From a virus: a stretch of DNA of 64,000 nucleotides. This document shows, in pieces, positions 16,938 through 26,756 of the stretch; position 1 is the first letter of the stretch; the number at the start of each line of letters is the position of its first letter. The position numbers and the translations under genes were made by a program. Location: IMG/VR virus record IMGVR_UViG_3300044692_000050, positions 38,341 through 102,340 of that record; one strand, given 5' to 3'. Below the pieces are notes generated by a model, which worked only from the letters and a program-made list of their open reading frames with translations, ran no database searches and was not told the origin of the DNA.

Positions 16938-17927
16938 ATGATCGATCGTACATGCCCGCATTGCGGCAACCCAGTGACGCGTGGCCCGCTGGCGGTTTAC
17001 TGCTCTCCGCAGTGCAAATATGCGGCAGCCCATGACCGGGCCGACCTGAACGGGAGCGCGCGAGCCCGAGAGGCGGCACGGCAGGCGCGCAAGGCTGCCG
17101 AGCGGGATGCGAATCGCAAGCCGTGCCCGTATTGCGGCACATCGATGGACGGCTGGCGCATGCAGTGCGGTGCCGCCGAGTGTAAGCGGCGGCTCGTCAG
17201 CGAGCGCAACGCGGCCCGGCAGCGCGAGTACCGTGAGCGCACAGGGAAGTGGCCGAGCCAGCGTTACCGCACTCCCCGCGAGCACGTCTGTGAGGCGTGC
17301 GGCGAGCCGTTCACTTCGCCGGACAAGGCGACCCGGTTCTGCTCGGGCGCGTGCGCGAACAGCGTGCGGCGGTGGACGCGGACGTGCGGCATGTGCGGCG
17401 GTCAGTGGGAGGCGAAGGCCCCGACGGACCTGTTCTGTTCAGCGACCTGCCGCGAGGTGGCCGGCCGAGCGCACCGGGCGCAGGTCATGGTCCGGCCGGG
17501 GTTCCGTGAGCGCCGCTGGATGGCGCTGGCAGTTGTCCGGTCGCTGCGGAAGCGCTGGTATGCGGGTCAGTGCGTGCGGTGCGGCGAGTGGTTCGTTCAC
17601 GATCAGCCGCACACCAGGACATGCTCACGGCGATGCGCGGGGAAGCTCTCGAAGGCGCGGCGCCGGGCTGTCGAGCTGGAGGCGTTCGTTGAGGACGTGG
17701 CCCGCTGGAAGATCTTTGAGCGGGACGGATGGCGTTGCCAGTTGTGCCGTAAGCCAGTCGCGCGCACCAAAAGCGTGCCACACCCGAAGGCACCTGTGCT
17801 CGACCACATCATCCCGCTGGCTGCTGGCGGGACGCATGAGCCGTCCAACGTCCAGTGCGCCCACTTCCTGTGCAACTGCCTGAAAGGCGACCGGGGCGGC
17901 GGCGAGCAGTTGCTGCTGATCGGCTGA
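16938..17927 (+). CDS. Free-standing HNH endonuclease with multiple Zn fingers
   Basis: Repeated CxxCG..F....C S..C; IFERDGWRCQLC...LDHIIPLAAGGTHEPSNVQCAHFLCN. Confidence 0.9.
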   Translation: MIDRTCPHCGNPVTRGPLAVYCSPQCKYAAAHDRADLNGSARAREAARQARKAAERDANRKPCPYCGTSMDGWRMQCGAAECKRRLVSERNAARQREYRERTGKWPSQRYRTPREHVCEACGEPFTSPDKATRFCSGACANSVRRWTRTCGMCGGQWEAKAPTDLFCSATCREVAGRAHRAQVMVRPGFRERRWMALAVVRSLRKRWYAGQCVRCGEWFVHDQPHTRTCSRRCAGKLSKARRRAVELEAFVEDVARWKIFERDGWRCQLCRKPVARTKSVPHPKAPVLDHIIPLAAGGTHEPSNVQCAHFLCNCLKGDRGGGEQLLLIG

Positions 17928-17943
17928 CGATAAGGAGGACGCG

Positions 17944-18114
17944 ATGACTGAGCCGAAGGCCAAGACGGAGAAGCCCGCTGAGCCGGCGACGGTCCGGCGG
18001 CCGGGCGACCAGCCCGATAAGGCCATCTCGGAGGGCGTCATTCTCCCCGAGGAGATGCGGGAGAAGGAAACGGACCCGAAGAAGGTCGAGATCAACAAGA
18101 ACGTCACTAGTTAG
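17944..18114 (+). CDS. Small charged hypothetical protein
   Basis: TAAGGAGG SD; MTEPKAKTEKPAEP... Confidence 0.5.
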   Translation: MTEPKAKTEKPAEPATVRRPGDQPDKAISEGVILPEEMREKETDPKKVEINKNVTS

Positions 18115-18204
18115 CTGCTCTGGCGGCTGCCTGCGTGGCGTCCGCGCTTCCTGTCGCCGGAACGGCAACAGGAGGCTTCCCGGAACGGGAAAGGATGCGA
18201 GGGC

Positions 18205-18642
18205 ATGGGAGTTAAAGGGGCGGTCCCGAAGCGGACCGACCAGCTGCACGGCCACCGGAAGCCCCCGGCGACAGATAAGGCCCCGACTCCGCCCGGGGCG
18301 GCGTCGTACCGGCGCCCGGCGGCTGACAGCACGTGGCATCCGCTGGCGAAACGCTGGTGGAACGCCCTGAGCAAGTCGGGGCAGTCCACGTGGTACCAGC
18401 CGTCTGACTGGGAGCACGCCTACATCTGGGCGGAGATGCTGTCGCGGCAGCTGTTCTCAGCCAAGCCGTCTTCGATGATGCTGGCAGCATGGGATGCGGC
18501 ATCGGTCCGGCTGCTGGTGACCGAGGGAGACCGTCGCAGGATGCGCATCGAGCTCGACAAGGGCGGCGAGGTCGATGCGGATAAGGAAGCCGCTGTAGCG
18601 AGCATGCAGGCGTGGCGTGCCAACCGCGCTAGCGGTTCCTGA
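18205..18642 (+). CDS. Terminase small subunit
   Basis: GAVPKR...WHPLAKRWW...SGQS.WYQPSDW...LLVTEGDRRRMRIEL; overlaps TerL. Confidence 0.85.
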   Translation: MGVKGAVPKRTDQLHGHRKPPATDKAPTPPGAASYRRPAADSTWHPLAKRWWNALSKSGQSTWYQPSDWEHAYIWAEMLSRQLFSAKPSSMMLAAWDAASVRLLVTEGDRRRMRIELDKGGEVDADKEAAVASMQAWRANRASGS

Positions 18643-20365
18643 CCGCCGCCTTCCTGCGCCGGCTGACCGGCTGATCACGCTCCCCGCGGGCGAACCTGAG
18701 CTGACGCTCGGCTGGCATGCGATCGTGTGGGCCGGGACGTACCTGAAGCACCCGAACGGGATCCGGGCGGGGCTGCCGTGGAAGTACACCGACAGCCAGC
18801 GCGCTTTCGTTCTGTGGTGGTACGCGATCCACCCGGACGGCCGGTGGGTCTACCAGCACGGAGTGCGCCGCCGCAGCAAGGGCACTGGCAAGAGCCCGGG
18901 TGCGGCGACTCTGTCGCTGACGGAGCTGCTGGCGCCTGTCCGGTTCGCGGGGCTGGCCGATACGGACGTGCCGTACCTGGAGGGGAACGGCAGGAACGGC
19001 CTCCCCGCCGGGTGGGTGCAGATCGGCCGGGTGATCGGCAAGCCGGTGGCGATGCCGCTAGTGCAGATCGCGGGTGTGTCCGAGGCCGCGACGGCGAACA
19101 CGATGCGTCACGTCCGGGCGATGACGGCGAAGAACTCCAAGGTCGTCCAGGCGTACCACCTTGATCCGGGCAAGACGGTGATCTACACGCCGTCAGGCGG
19201 CCAGCTCGAGGTGATCACGTCGTCGGCGGCTTCGGCTGAGGGGGCCGAGGTGACCGCGGCGTTCCTCGACGAGCCGGAGCACTGGACGCCCGCGTCAGGC
19301 GGGGTTGAGCTCGCCGCGACGATCGACCGCAACCTGGCCAAGTCGGGGTCCCGGGCGATCGAGACGGCGAACGCGTGGGAGCCGGGCGCGGGGTCGGTGG
19401 CTGAGGCGACGTTCGAGGCGTGGTGCGCGCAGGAAGAAGGCCGCACGAAGTCAGGCGCGCTGATCCTGTACGACGCCGTGGTCGCGCCCCCGGACACGGA
19501 CCTGGCCGACGAGGAGTCGCTGCGCAAGGGGATCGCGTTCGCCTATGACGACTCGGACTGGGTTGACCAGCAGGTCATCATGGACCGCATCCTGTCGCTG
19601 CGGACCAAGCCGGACGAGGCGCGGCGGTTCTACCTCAACCAGCCGGTGGCCAGCGCCGATTCGTGGGTGACGCCGCAGGAATGGGCGGTCCTCGCCGATC
19701 CGACACAGGTCATCTGCGATGGCGATGAGATCGTAGCGTTCTTCGACGGCTCATCCAGCCGGGACGCGACGGCCTTGATTGCCTGCCATGTCGAGACGGG
19801 CTATGTGTTCACGGTCGACATATGGGAGCCGGAGCCGGGCCCGTCGCATTCTCCGGGAGCGGCCCGCATCCCGGTCGCCGAGGTCGACGCTGCGGTTGAG
19901 CGGATGTTCGACCGGTGGCAGGTCTGCGCGTTCTTCGCTGACGTGAAGGAATGGGAGTCCTTCGTCAAGGTGACCTGGCCGGAGCGGTACGCGGAGCAGC
20001 TAGAGCTCCACTCGGTGCCGTCGGGCAAGGACCCGCAGGCCATCGCCTGGGACATGCGGACGCACACCTACGAATTCACGCTGGCCGCCGAGCTCACCTT
20101 GACGGAGATCACGGGCGACACCGGGCCCGCGTTCCGTCATGACGGGGATTCGCGGCTAGGTCGGCATGTGGTCAACGCCCGGCGGCATCCGAATCGGTGG
20201 GGCGTCTCGATCGCCAAGGAATCGAAGGATTCGCCAAAGAAGATCGACGCGGCTGTCTGCATGATCGGGGCGCGGCTAGCACGCAGGCTGCTGCTGGCCG
20301 AGCGCGCTAAGCAGCAGCAGAAGGCGAAGAAGCCCAGGTCAGGTAGGGTTCACGGCTTCGCTTAG
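18617..20365 (+). CDS. Terminase large subunit
   Basis: Walker A RSKGTGKS, Walker B FLDEPEHW, nuclease FFDGSSSRDAT and KKIDAAV. Confidence 0.95.
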   Translation: MPTALAVPDRRLPAPADRLITLPAGEPELTLGWHAIVWAGTYLKHPNGIRAGLPWKYTDSQRAFVLWWYAIHPDGRWVYQHGVRRRSKGTGKSPGAATLSLTELLAPVRFAGLADTDVPYLEGNGRNGLPAGWVQIGRVIGKPVAMPLVQIAGVSEAATANTMRHVRAMTAKNSKVVQAYHLDPGKTVIYTPSGGQLEVITSSAASAEGAEVTAAFLDEPEHWTPASGGVELAATIDRNLAKSGSRAIETANAWEPGAGSVAEATFEAWCAQEEGRTKSGALILYDAVVAPPDTDLADEESLRKGIAFAYDDSDWVDQQVIMDRILSLRTKPDEARRFYLNQPVASADSWVTPQEWAVLADPTQVICDGDEIVAFFDGSSSRDATALIACHVETGYVFTVDIWEPEPGPSHSPGAARIPVAEVDAAVERMFDRWQVCAFFADVKEWESFVKVTWPERYAEQLELHSVPSGKDPQAIAWDMRTHTYEFTLAAELTLTEITGDTGPAFRHDGDSRLGRHVVNARRHPNRWGVSIAKESKDSPKKIDAAVCMIGARLARRLLLAERAKQQQKAKKPRSGRVHGFA

Positions 20366-20665
20366 CTGCGGGATCTGGTAGTCCAGCGCTGCTTTCGCCG
20401 AGTCGCTCGCCAGGAAGTCCCAGAAGACGTCGTTAGCCGACGCGGGATCCAGCGTGAGGTTGACGGACGCGATGCGGATGACCCGGCCGAACAGCGCGAA
20501 CCGGTGCACATAGTAGGTGCCGGTCTGCGCCTCAGGTAGCTCCTGGTCGCTGGACCACACGGCGGTCAGGTTGATCTCGGGCATTTTCATGTACGGAGCC
20601 GTCGGACCTTTGATGTCCCATATCTCGCCGCGCCGAGGTCCATCGATAAGCAGAGTTTTTGCCAT
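20339..20665 (-). CDS. Antisense leaderless accessory protein
   Basis: TATGCT-N6-ATG; MAKTLLIDGPRRGE... Confidence 0.6.
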   Translation of the reverse strand: MAKTLLIDGPRRGEIWDIKGPTAPYMKMPEINLTAVWSSDQELPEAQTGTYYVHRFALFGRVIRIASVNLTLDPASANDVFWDFLASDSAKAALDYQIPQLSEAVNPT

Positions 20666-20693
20666 CTGACCAGCATAAACGGACGGGGGTCTG

Positions 20694-22211
20694 ATGGCGC
20701 TCTCCCCCGACCAGGTGCCGGACGTGGCGACCCGCGTCCTCGCGATGCGGGAACGGGAGCAGTACCGCCTCCGTCGCATCAGTGACTACATGCGCGGCAA
20801 GCACGCGTCCGTTTACGTCCCCAACGGGGCCCGGTCGGAGTACAGGTGGCTCCTCGAACGGTCCGTGGTCAACTTCCTGCCCCTGGTCGTCAGCGTCATC
20901 AGCCAGAATCTCCACGTAGACGGGTATCTCCCCGTCCACGTAGACGGAGACGCCGCCGATTCAACGACGACAGGATCCAGCTCCCCTGAGAAGGATCCCG
21001 CCAACCCGTGGTCGATCTGGCTGGCCAACCGGATGAACGCCCGCCAGCACGGGTTGCACCGCGCGGTCGTCAAATACGGCGTGGCCTACACAGTGGTGCT
21101 GCCGGGCGACCCGCAGCCGGTGATGCGGCCGGTGTCCCCGCGACGCATGACCGCGCTGTACGCCGACGACGTAGATGATGAATGGCCCGTGTACGCCGTC
21201 GAAGAACGCGTGATCCGCAACGACAAGGGCGCGATCAGGCAGATCTGGTTCTACGACGACAACTGCCGGTACACCCTCGTCGGCAAGGAGAATGACCCGC
21301 GCCTTTACTGGCCGGATGACAGCAGTCTCCTCGGTTCCGGATGGGAGGGCGTCCCGTCCGGGGAACCGATGATCGAGGAACACGGCCTCGGCGTGTGCCC
21401 GGTCGTGCGCTTTCTCCATGACGTGGACCTTGACGGCGAGATGGACGTCTCCGGCGAGGTCGAGCCCCTGATTCCTTTGCAGGATCAGGTAAATACAACC
21501 ACTTTTAATACCCTGATGGCGCAACAATATGCGGCATTCAGGCAGCGGTGGGTCACCGGAATGGTCCCGGATGATGAGGACGGCCGACCCCGCGAGCCGT
21601 TCCGCGCGGGGGTTGACAGGCTATTCGTCGCGGAAGACACGGACACTAAATTCGGTGAATTCGGCGAGACCAGCCTTAACCCTTTCCTGGACGCGCGGGA
21701 AGCGTCGATAAGGCACATGTCAACCGTCGCGCAGGTGCCCCCTTATCATCTTTTGGGACAAATGATAAACTTGAGCGCCGAAGCGCTCGCTGCTAGTAAA
21801 GACGGAATGGACCGGAAATGTCAGGAGCTTGAGTCCGTCCTTTCTGAGCCCCATAAGCAGAATCTTCGCCTAGGTGGACTGGCGGCCGGCAACAAAGCGG
21901 CGTGGGAGGACACCACCTCCACCATCGCCTGGCGCGACACTTCTGCTCGCGCGTTCGCCGCGACCGCCGACGCCCTCGGCAAGGTCGCCCAGATGCTAGG
22001 CGTGCCGGCTACGGAACTCTGGTCGCGCATCCCTGGCGTCAGCGCCGAGGAGGTCGCGCGCTGGAAAGAAGTCGCCTCCAGGCAGGGCCCGCTTAACGAA
22101 CTCAACCGGCTCCTTGAGGCCCAGATGACGCACGGAGTGCAGACTCAGGGGCCGCCGACAGAGGCTGAACCATTCCAGGCTCCCGCTTTGGGGAGGACCA
22201 AGGGGGTCTAA
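20694..22211 (+). CDS. Portal protein (SPP1 gp6-like)
   Basis: Follows TerL; VVNFLPLVV, HGLGVCPVVRF, YAAFRQRWVTG, NLSAEAL. Confidence 0.93.
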   Translation: MALSPDQVPDVATRVLAMREREQYRLRRISDYMRGKHASVYVPNGARSEYRWLLERSVVNFLPLVVSVISQNLHVDGYLPVHVDGDAADSTTTGSSSPEKDPANPWSIWLANRMNARQHGLHRAVVKYGVAYTVVLPGDPQPVMRPVSPRRMTALYADDVDDEWPVYAVEERVIRNDKGAIRQIWFYDDNCRYTLVGKENDPRLYWPDDSSLLGSGWEGVPSGEPMIEEHGLGVCPVVRFLHDVDLDGEMDVSGEVEPLIPLQDQVNTTTFNTLMAQQYAAFRQRWVTGMVPDDEDGRPREPFRAGVDRLFVAEDTDTKFGEFGETSLNPFLDAREASIRHMSTVAQVPPYHLLGQMINLSAEALAASKDGMDRKCQELESVLSEPHKQNLRLGGLAAGNKAAWEDTTSTIAWRDTSARAFAATADALGKVAQMLGVPATELWSRIPGVSAEEVARWKEVASRQGPLNELNRLLEAQMTHGVQTQGPPTEAEPFQAPALGRTKGV

Positions 22212-22466
22212 ATGGCCGGTGGAGAAATTGCGCATCCAGAGGCCACCGAGAGGCTGATGCGGTATTGGTCGACGGGGCCTGGCGGGGCAAAAATTGGCTG
22301 GAATCGGCCGGGTGATTTCGAGACCTGCAAAATTGAACTCGGGAAATATGTTCCTGAGCATATGCTAGACGGACTCTGCGCCCGGCTGCACCACAGGGCT
22401 ACGGGTGCGTGGCCAGGCCACGCCGCAGGCGAGCAGGCCGCCCACGAGGCCGAGAAGAAGGGCTAG
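22212..22466 (+). CDS. Small head-module protein
   Basis: RYWSTGPGGAKIGWNRPGDFETC...GLCARLHHRATGAWPG. Confidence 0.7.
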   Translation: MAGGEIAHPEATERLMRYWSTGPGGAKIGWNRPGDFETCKIELGKYVPEHMLDGLCARLHHRATGAWPGHAAGEQAAHEAEKKG

Positions 22467-22780
22467 AGGTCTGCCGGATAGATAGGAACCCGAACGCCGA
22501 TCGTCTCGTTGATCAGACGCGGCGGCCCTTCCTTCTCCGTGACGGTGATCTTCCGGCCGAGCATCATGTCATCGGGGTCCGGGGTCCACTTCGACTCATC
22601 ACGAGCCTCGTCGTCGGCGTCTGGCGGCAGGCATGCACGGCGCAGCGCCTTGTACCAGTCCGGACCCATGAGCCAGCGTGTTGAGCCGAGGCTCCGGATG
22701 AACGGGTCGGCCGCGTAATCCGCTTCGACGAACGCCCCGTAGACCTCCATGGGGCTCAGTTCGTCCACGTGTTCACTCAT
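22463..22780 (-). CDS. Antisense leaderless accessory protein
   Basis: TACGCT-N6-ATG. Confidence 0.55.
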   Translation of the reverse strand: MSEHVDELSPMEVYGAFVEADYAADPFIRSLGSTRWLMGPDWYKALRRACLPPDADDEARDESKWTPDPDDMMLGRKITVTEKEGPPRLINETIGVRVPIYPADL

Positions 22781-22809
22781 CTGACCAGCGTAAACGAGCA
22801 GGGGGCGCA

Positions 22810-23667
22810 ATGGGGCAGCCCACGCCGCCACCCAGCACGCCGCAGCCGGTAGTGACGGGCGGCGCGATCGTCGCCGGCGGTTCCCTGGCTCTCACAACGT
22901 CGGCCACCCTGGCCGCTCAGGCCGCCCTGGCGGCGTCCTTCTACCAGTCCCAGGCGTTCCTCGCCGCGATGGCCACGAGGGACATCCTGACCGTCTGGCG
23001 GCAACTGAACCTGCGTGACGTCCGGTCGTCGTGGCCCGCGCTGCGCACCGCCCTGGCCGCGCTGATCCGTGACCGGTACTCGCAGGCGTCGGCGCTCGGG
23101 CAGGCGTACTACGGGCAGGCGAGGCAGGCCGCGGGGGTTCCGGGCGAGCCGCCGAGGGTGCATGTCCCGCCGCCGCCCGAGCCGCAGATCACAGCCACCC
23201 TGGACTCAACGGGCCCGTGGAACCTGCTCGGGAAAATCAAGCAGGGCCAGCAGCTAGCCACGGCGAACGAGAACACGGCGGTACAGCTGGCCGGGTCGGC
23301 GCAGCGGCTGATCACGAACGGTGCCCGTCAGGCGGTCATGCGATCGGTGGCGGCCGATGACAAGGCCGTGGCCTGGGCTCGTGTCACGTCGGCGAACCCG
23401 TGCGCGTTCTGTGCCCTTCTGGCAGGGCGCGGCGCTGTGTACAGGTCGGAGAAATCAGCCAGTTTCGACGCCCACAACCACGACCAGTGTGTAGCCATGC
23501 CCCTGTTCTCGCATGAAGAGGCGCAGGCCACCAAGGACAACCCGCTGTATGACCAGTGGAAGCGGGTCACCAAGGGTCATGGCGGCGCTGAGGCACTGAA
23601 GGTGTGGCGGCGTCACTGGGACGCGCAGCAGAACCGCGACGGCGTGAAGGTTCTGCCAGCCGCCTAG
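22810..23667 (+). CDS. MuF-like minor head protein
   Basis: AWARVTSANPCAFCALLAGRGAVY...AHNHDQC. Confidence 0.8.
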   Translation: MGQPTPPPSTPQPVVTGGAIVAGGSLALTTSATLAAQAALAASFYQSQAFLAAMATRDILTVWRQLNLRDVRSSWPALRTALAALIRDRYSQASALGQAYYGQARQAAGVPGEPPRVHVPPPPEPQITATLDSTGPWNLLGKIKQGQQLATANENTAVQLAGSAQRLITNGARQAVMRSVAADDKAVAWARVTSANPCAFCALLAGRGAVYRSEKSASFDAHNHDQCVAMPLFSHEEAQATKDNPLYDQWKRVTKGHGGAEALKVWRRHWDAQQNRDGVKVLPAA

Positions 23668-23963
23668 ACGAGTAGCCAGATCACCGCCGCGGTCAGTGCA
23701 ACGAGGCTGATCCCGAAGGCCCTGGCCAGCCAGAGCCGGAGACGCCACCGCCTCTCTTTGGCTGGTGCTTGCAGCGCTGAGAGCTCGGCGCATGTGGCGC
23801 ACATGCCGCCGCCCGGCTGGACTGTCTGGTCGGGCGTGCCGCATTCCGAGCAGGTCCGTATCCGGAGCTCGTCTTCAAGAGGAACCCATCTCGCCGGGTG
23901 GTCGGGGTCACCGCTGCAGGCGTGAGGTTCCGCTGGTTGCCCGCACACGCACATATCAGCCAC
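23664..23963 (-). CDS. Antisense Zn-finger membrane protein
   Basis: CVCG, CSECG, CATC plus C-terminal TM. Confidence 0.5.
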   Translation of the reverse strand: MADMCVCGQPAEPHACSGDPDHPARWVPLEDELRIRTCSECGTPDQTVQPGGGMCATCAELSALQAPAKERRWRLRLWLARAFGISLVALTAAVIWLLV

Positions 23964-24129
23964 GGCCGACCGCGATCTTGCAGGTGCGGATGAACGGGCA
24001 GGTCTCGTCCATGACGCAGGTGTCGGCGGCGTAGCAGTCGCTGGCTTCGGCGCGGGCTAGTTCGCTGCCGAAGTAGGCATCGAGTTCGGCTTCCATGCGC
24101 GCGAACGCGTCTTCGCCCGTTTCGTCCAT
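23956..24129 (-). CDS. Antisense small protein (leaderless)
   Basis: TAAGCT-N5-ATG; MDETGEDAFARMEAELDAYF... Confidence 0.5.
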   Translation of the reverse strand: MDETGEDAFARMEAELDAYFGSELARAEASDCYAADTCVMDETCPFIRTCKIAVGRG

Positions 24130-24235
24130 AACCCCAGCTTAAGGCGGGTGTGGCGCGGTGGCCGGTTACGGCTCGTCCATCCAGCGCTCACCCGGTACCG
24201 ACCCGCTTGTCCCGCAGCCTATGAAGGGGGCCAGG

Positions 24236-24529
24236 ATGGCACAGCCCGACGCGGCGACGATGCGGAAGCTCCAGGCGCAGGGCAAGGCCATGCGGAACGC
24301 CAACGGTGACCCGAGCTACCAGATCCGCAACGCCGACGACCTGGACAACGCGATCCGCGCTGTCGGCCGGGTGAAGCCGCGTCCGGGTGAGACCAAGGAA
24401 GAGGCCATGGCTCGTGTCAGGCGCTGGATCATGTCCCGCGCCAAGGCGATTGGCCTGTCCAGCCGCATCCCTGACACCTGGGATTCGTCGGGGAACCTCA
24501 AGGACGACAACGACGGCGACGAGAACTAA
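24236..24529 (+). CDS. Small head-module protein (DUF6582-like)
   Basis: SYQIRNADDLDNAIRAVGR...RRWIMSRAKAIG...IPDTW. Confidence 0.65.
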   Translation: MAQPDAATMRKLQAQGKAMRNANGDPSYQIRNADDLDNAIRAVGRVKPRPGETKEEAMARVRRWIMSRAKAIGLSSRIPDTWDSSGNLKDDNDGDEN

Positions 24530-24607
24530 CCGCAGTACAGCACCACCCCACTAAGGCGCCAGCCGGAACGGCAGGCGCCTTTTCCATGTCCCGGAACGGG
24601 AGAACCC

Positions 24608-25309
24608 ATGTCAGAAGACGCCGCGGGAGCACAGGACGCCGGAACGGCCCCTGAGACCGCACAGCAGACCCAGCAGGACGGCAACCCGCTGTTCCGCACC
24701 ACGGAGACCGTTAAGGGCCGCACGGGGGCGCAGAACGGCGCTCAGGGCGACGACAAGGACGCGGCGGCCGTGCTCGCCGACGCCACGGCCGACGGCCAGG
24801 ACGAGGATCCGCTCGCCAAGGCCCAGGCCGAGATCGCCCGGTGGAAGCAGCAGGCCCGCGAGAACGAGCGCCGCGCCAAGGCCAACGCCGACAAGGCCAA
24901 GCAGTTCGACGCGTACGAAGAGAGCCAGAAGACCGAGCAGCAGAAGCTCGCCGACCAGCTCGCCGCCGCCCAGGAAGAGGCGCGCAAGGAGCGGGGCTCG
25001 AGGCTCAGGCTGCTCGCCGCCGCCCAGTACGACCTCGACCCGAGTCTTATCGACTACCTCGGCGACGGCGACGAAGACGCCATCAACGAGCGTGCCGAGG
25101 CATTCGCGCGGGCCATCAACGAGAAGGCCGCCGTCCTCGCCGCCGCTCAGGTCCAGGCCGCCCAGCAGGCCGCCGCGGCACAACAGCAGCCCCGCGCCAA
25201 CGGCTTCGGCCGGCCCGTAGAGGCCCTCCGCCCCGGCGCCCTGCCCGCCACGGACAACCGCACCAACGACCCCAACGCCTGGATCCGCCAGGCCCTCGGC
25301 CGCAAGTAA
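24608..25309 (+). CDS. Capsid scaffolding protein
   Basis: Coiled coil, WKQQARENERRAKANA...SQKTEQQK, RPVEALRPG. Confidence 0.85.
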   Translation: MSEDAAGAQDAGTAPETAQQTQQDGNPLFRTTETVKGRTGAQNGAQGDDKDAAAVLADATADGQDEDPLAKAQAEIARWKQQARENERRAKANADKAKQFDAYEESQKTEQQKLADQLAAAQEEARKERGSRLRLLAAAQYDLDPSLIDYLGDGDEDAINERAEAFARAINEKAAVLAAAQVQAAQQAAAAQQQPRANGFGRPVEALRPGALPATDNRTNDPNAWIRQALGRK

Positions 25310-25366
25310 CACCCCAACCAGCAGCGGACCTGTAGTCCGGCTGCCCCCGTTTGAAAGGACGGATAC

Positions 25367-26362
25367 ATGCCCGACTACACCGACATGATCGCCCGCAACA
25401 GCGGCGGGACTGACGCCCTCGTCCCCGAACCGCTCGCGCTGGAGATCATCCAGGAGCTGCCCAAGAAGTCCGCTGCGCTGTCCCTCATGAAGCGCGTCAA
25501 CATGTCCACCAAGACCGAGCGCATGCCGGTCCTGGACGTGCTGCCGCTGGCCTACTTCGTCAACGGCGACACCGGCCTCAAGCAGACGACCACGCAGGCG
25601 TGGAAGAACGTCACGCTCGTCGTGGAAGAAATTGCAACAATTGTTCCAGTGCCCGAAAGTTACCTCGCGGACGCCGGCGTGCCGATCTGGAGCGAAGTCC
25701 AGCCGCGCATGGTGGAGGCGCTCGGCGCCCTCGTGGACTCCGCCGTCCTGTTCGGCGTCAACAAGCCGGCCACCTGGGGTACCGACATCTACACCGCGGC
25801 CCACGCCAGCGGGAACATCGTGCAGGACGGCTACACCGACGACGGCACGACGGCCGCGGATGACTTCGGCGTCACCGTGACCGCGCTCGGCGACCTGATG
25901 GCCAACACTGGCTACAACGTCAACGGGTTCGCCGGGCGGCCTGGCCTGAACTGGAAGCTGATGGGCCTGCGGTCCTCGGGGTCCGGCGTCCCGATCTTCA
26001 TGCCTAACGCCAACCTGAGCGAAGGGCCGGGCGCGGGCAACCCCACCCTGTACGGCTACCCGATCGCCATGATCGAGAACGGCTCGTGGGACGCCACCAA
26101 GGCGCAGGTCTTGGCCGGCGACTGGACCAAGGCCATCATCGGGGTGCGGCAGGACATCACTTTCAAGCTGTTCACCGAGGGCGTCATCTCGGACGGCAAC
26201 GGGGTAGTCCAGCTAAACTTGATGCAACAGGACGCTGTTGCAATGCGACTCGTTTTCCGCATGGCTTATGCGACGGTTAACCCAGTCACGCTTATCCAGC
26301 GCAATAAGTCAATTACCCAGCGGTTCCCGTTCGGCGTCATCACCACCCACGGCGTCTCCTGA
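25367..26362 (+). CDS. Major capsid protein (HK97 fold)
   Basis: LVPEPLALEIIQ, MPVLDVLPLAYFV, EEIATIVPVPE, GDWTKAIIGVRQDITFK; GAAAGGA SD. Confidence 0.93.
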   Translation: MPDYTDMIARNSGGTDALVPEPLALEIIQELPKKSAALSLMKRVNMSTKTERMPVLDVLPLAYFVNGDTGLKQTTTQAWKNVTLVVEEIATIVPVPESYLADAGVPIWSEVQPRMVEALGALVDSAVLFGVNKPATWGTDIYTAAHASGNIVQDGYTDDGTTAADDFGVTVTALGDLMANTGYNVNGFAGRPGLNWKLMGLRSSGSGVPIFMPNANLSEGPGAGNPTLYGYPIAMIENGSWDATKAQVLAGDWTKAIIGVRQDITFKLFTEGVISDGNGVVQLNLMQQDAVAMRLVFRMAYATVNPVTLIQRNKSITQRFPFGVITTHGVS

Positions 26363-26423
26363 CCCGTTCCCGGCCCTGAACTCACAACTCACGGCCGCGT
26401 GAGCGGCAAGGAAGGAACACGTC

Positions 26424-26756
26424 ATGGGCGCTCCCATCGCGTACCAGTACAACGGCCAGCCCGGCACGTCCAACGCGACGCTGATCTCGGCGCCGTCGGC
26501 CGGGAACACGAAGGCGTTCGCGAACCTCGTGGCCGTCAACACCACGGGTGGCGCGGTCACCCTGTCGCTGAAGGTGGTCCGCTCCATCTCCGGGGTGACG
26601 GAGACGATCTGCAGCGCGCTGTCGCTCCCGGCCAACTCTGCCGTGTCGCTGCTCGATGACCCGCGGCTCGCGCTCGAAGAGGTCGTGCTGGACGCGGGCG
26701 ACACCCTCCAGGGGTCGGCCAGCGCGGGCACGTCAATCACGGTGACCGCGTTCTGA
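26424..26756 (+). CDS. Putative capsid-decoration/virion protein (paralog 1)
   Basis: Beta-rich 110 aa directly after the capsid gene. Confidence 0.65.
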   Translation: MGAPIAYQYNGQPGTSNATLISAPSAGNTKAFANLVAVNTTGGAVTLSLKVVRSISGVTETICSALSLPANSAVSLLDDPRLALEEVVLDAGDTLQGSASAGTSITVTAF

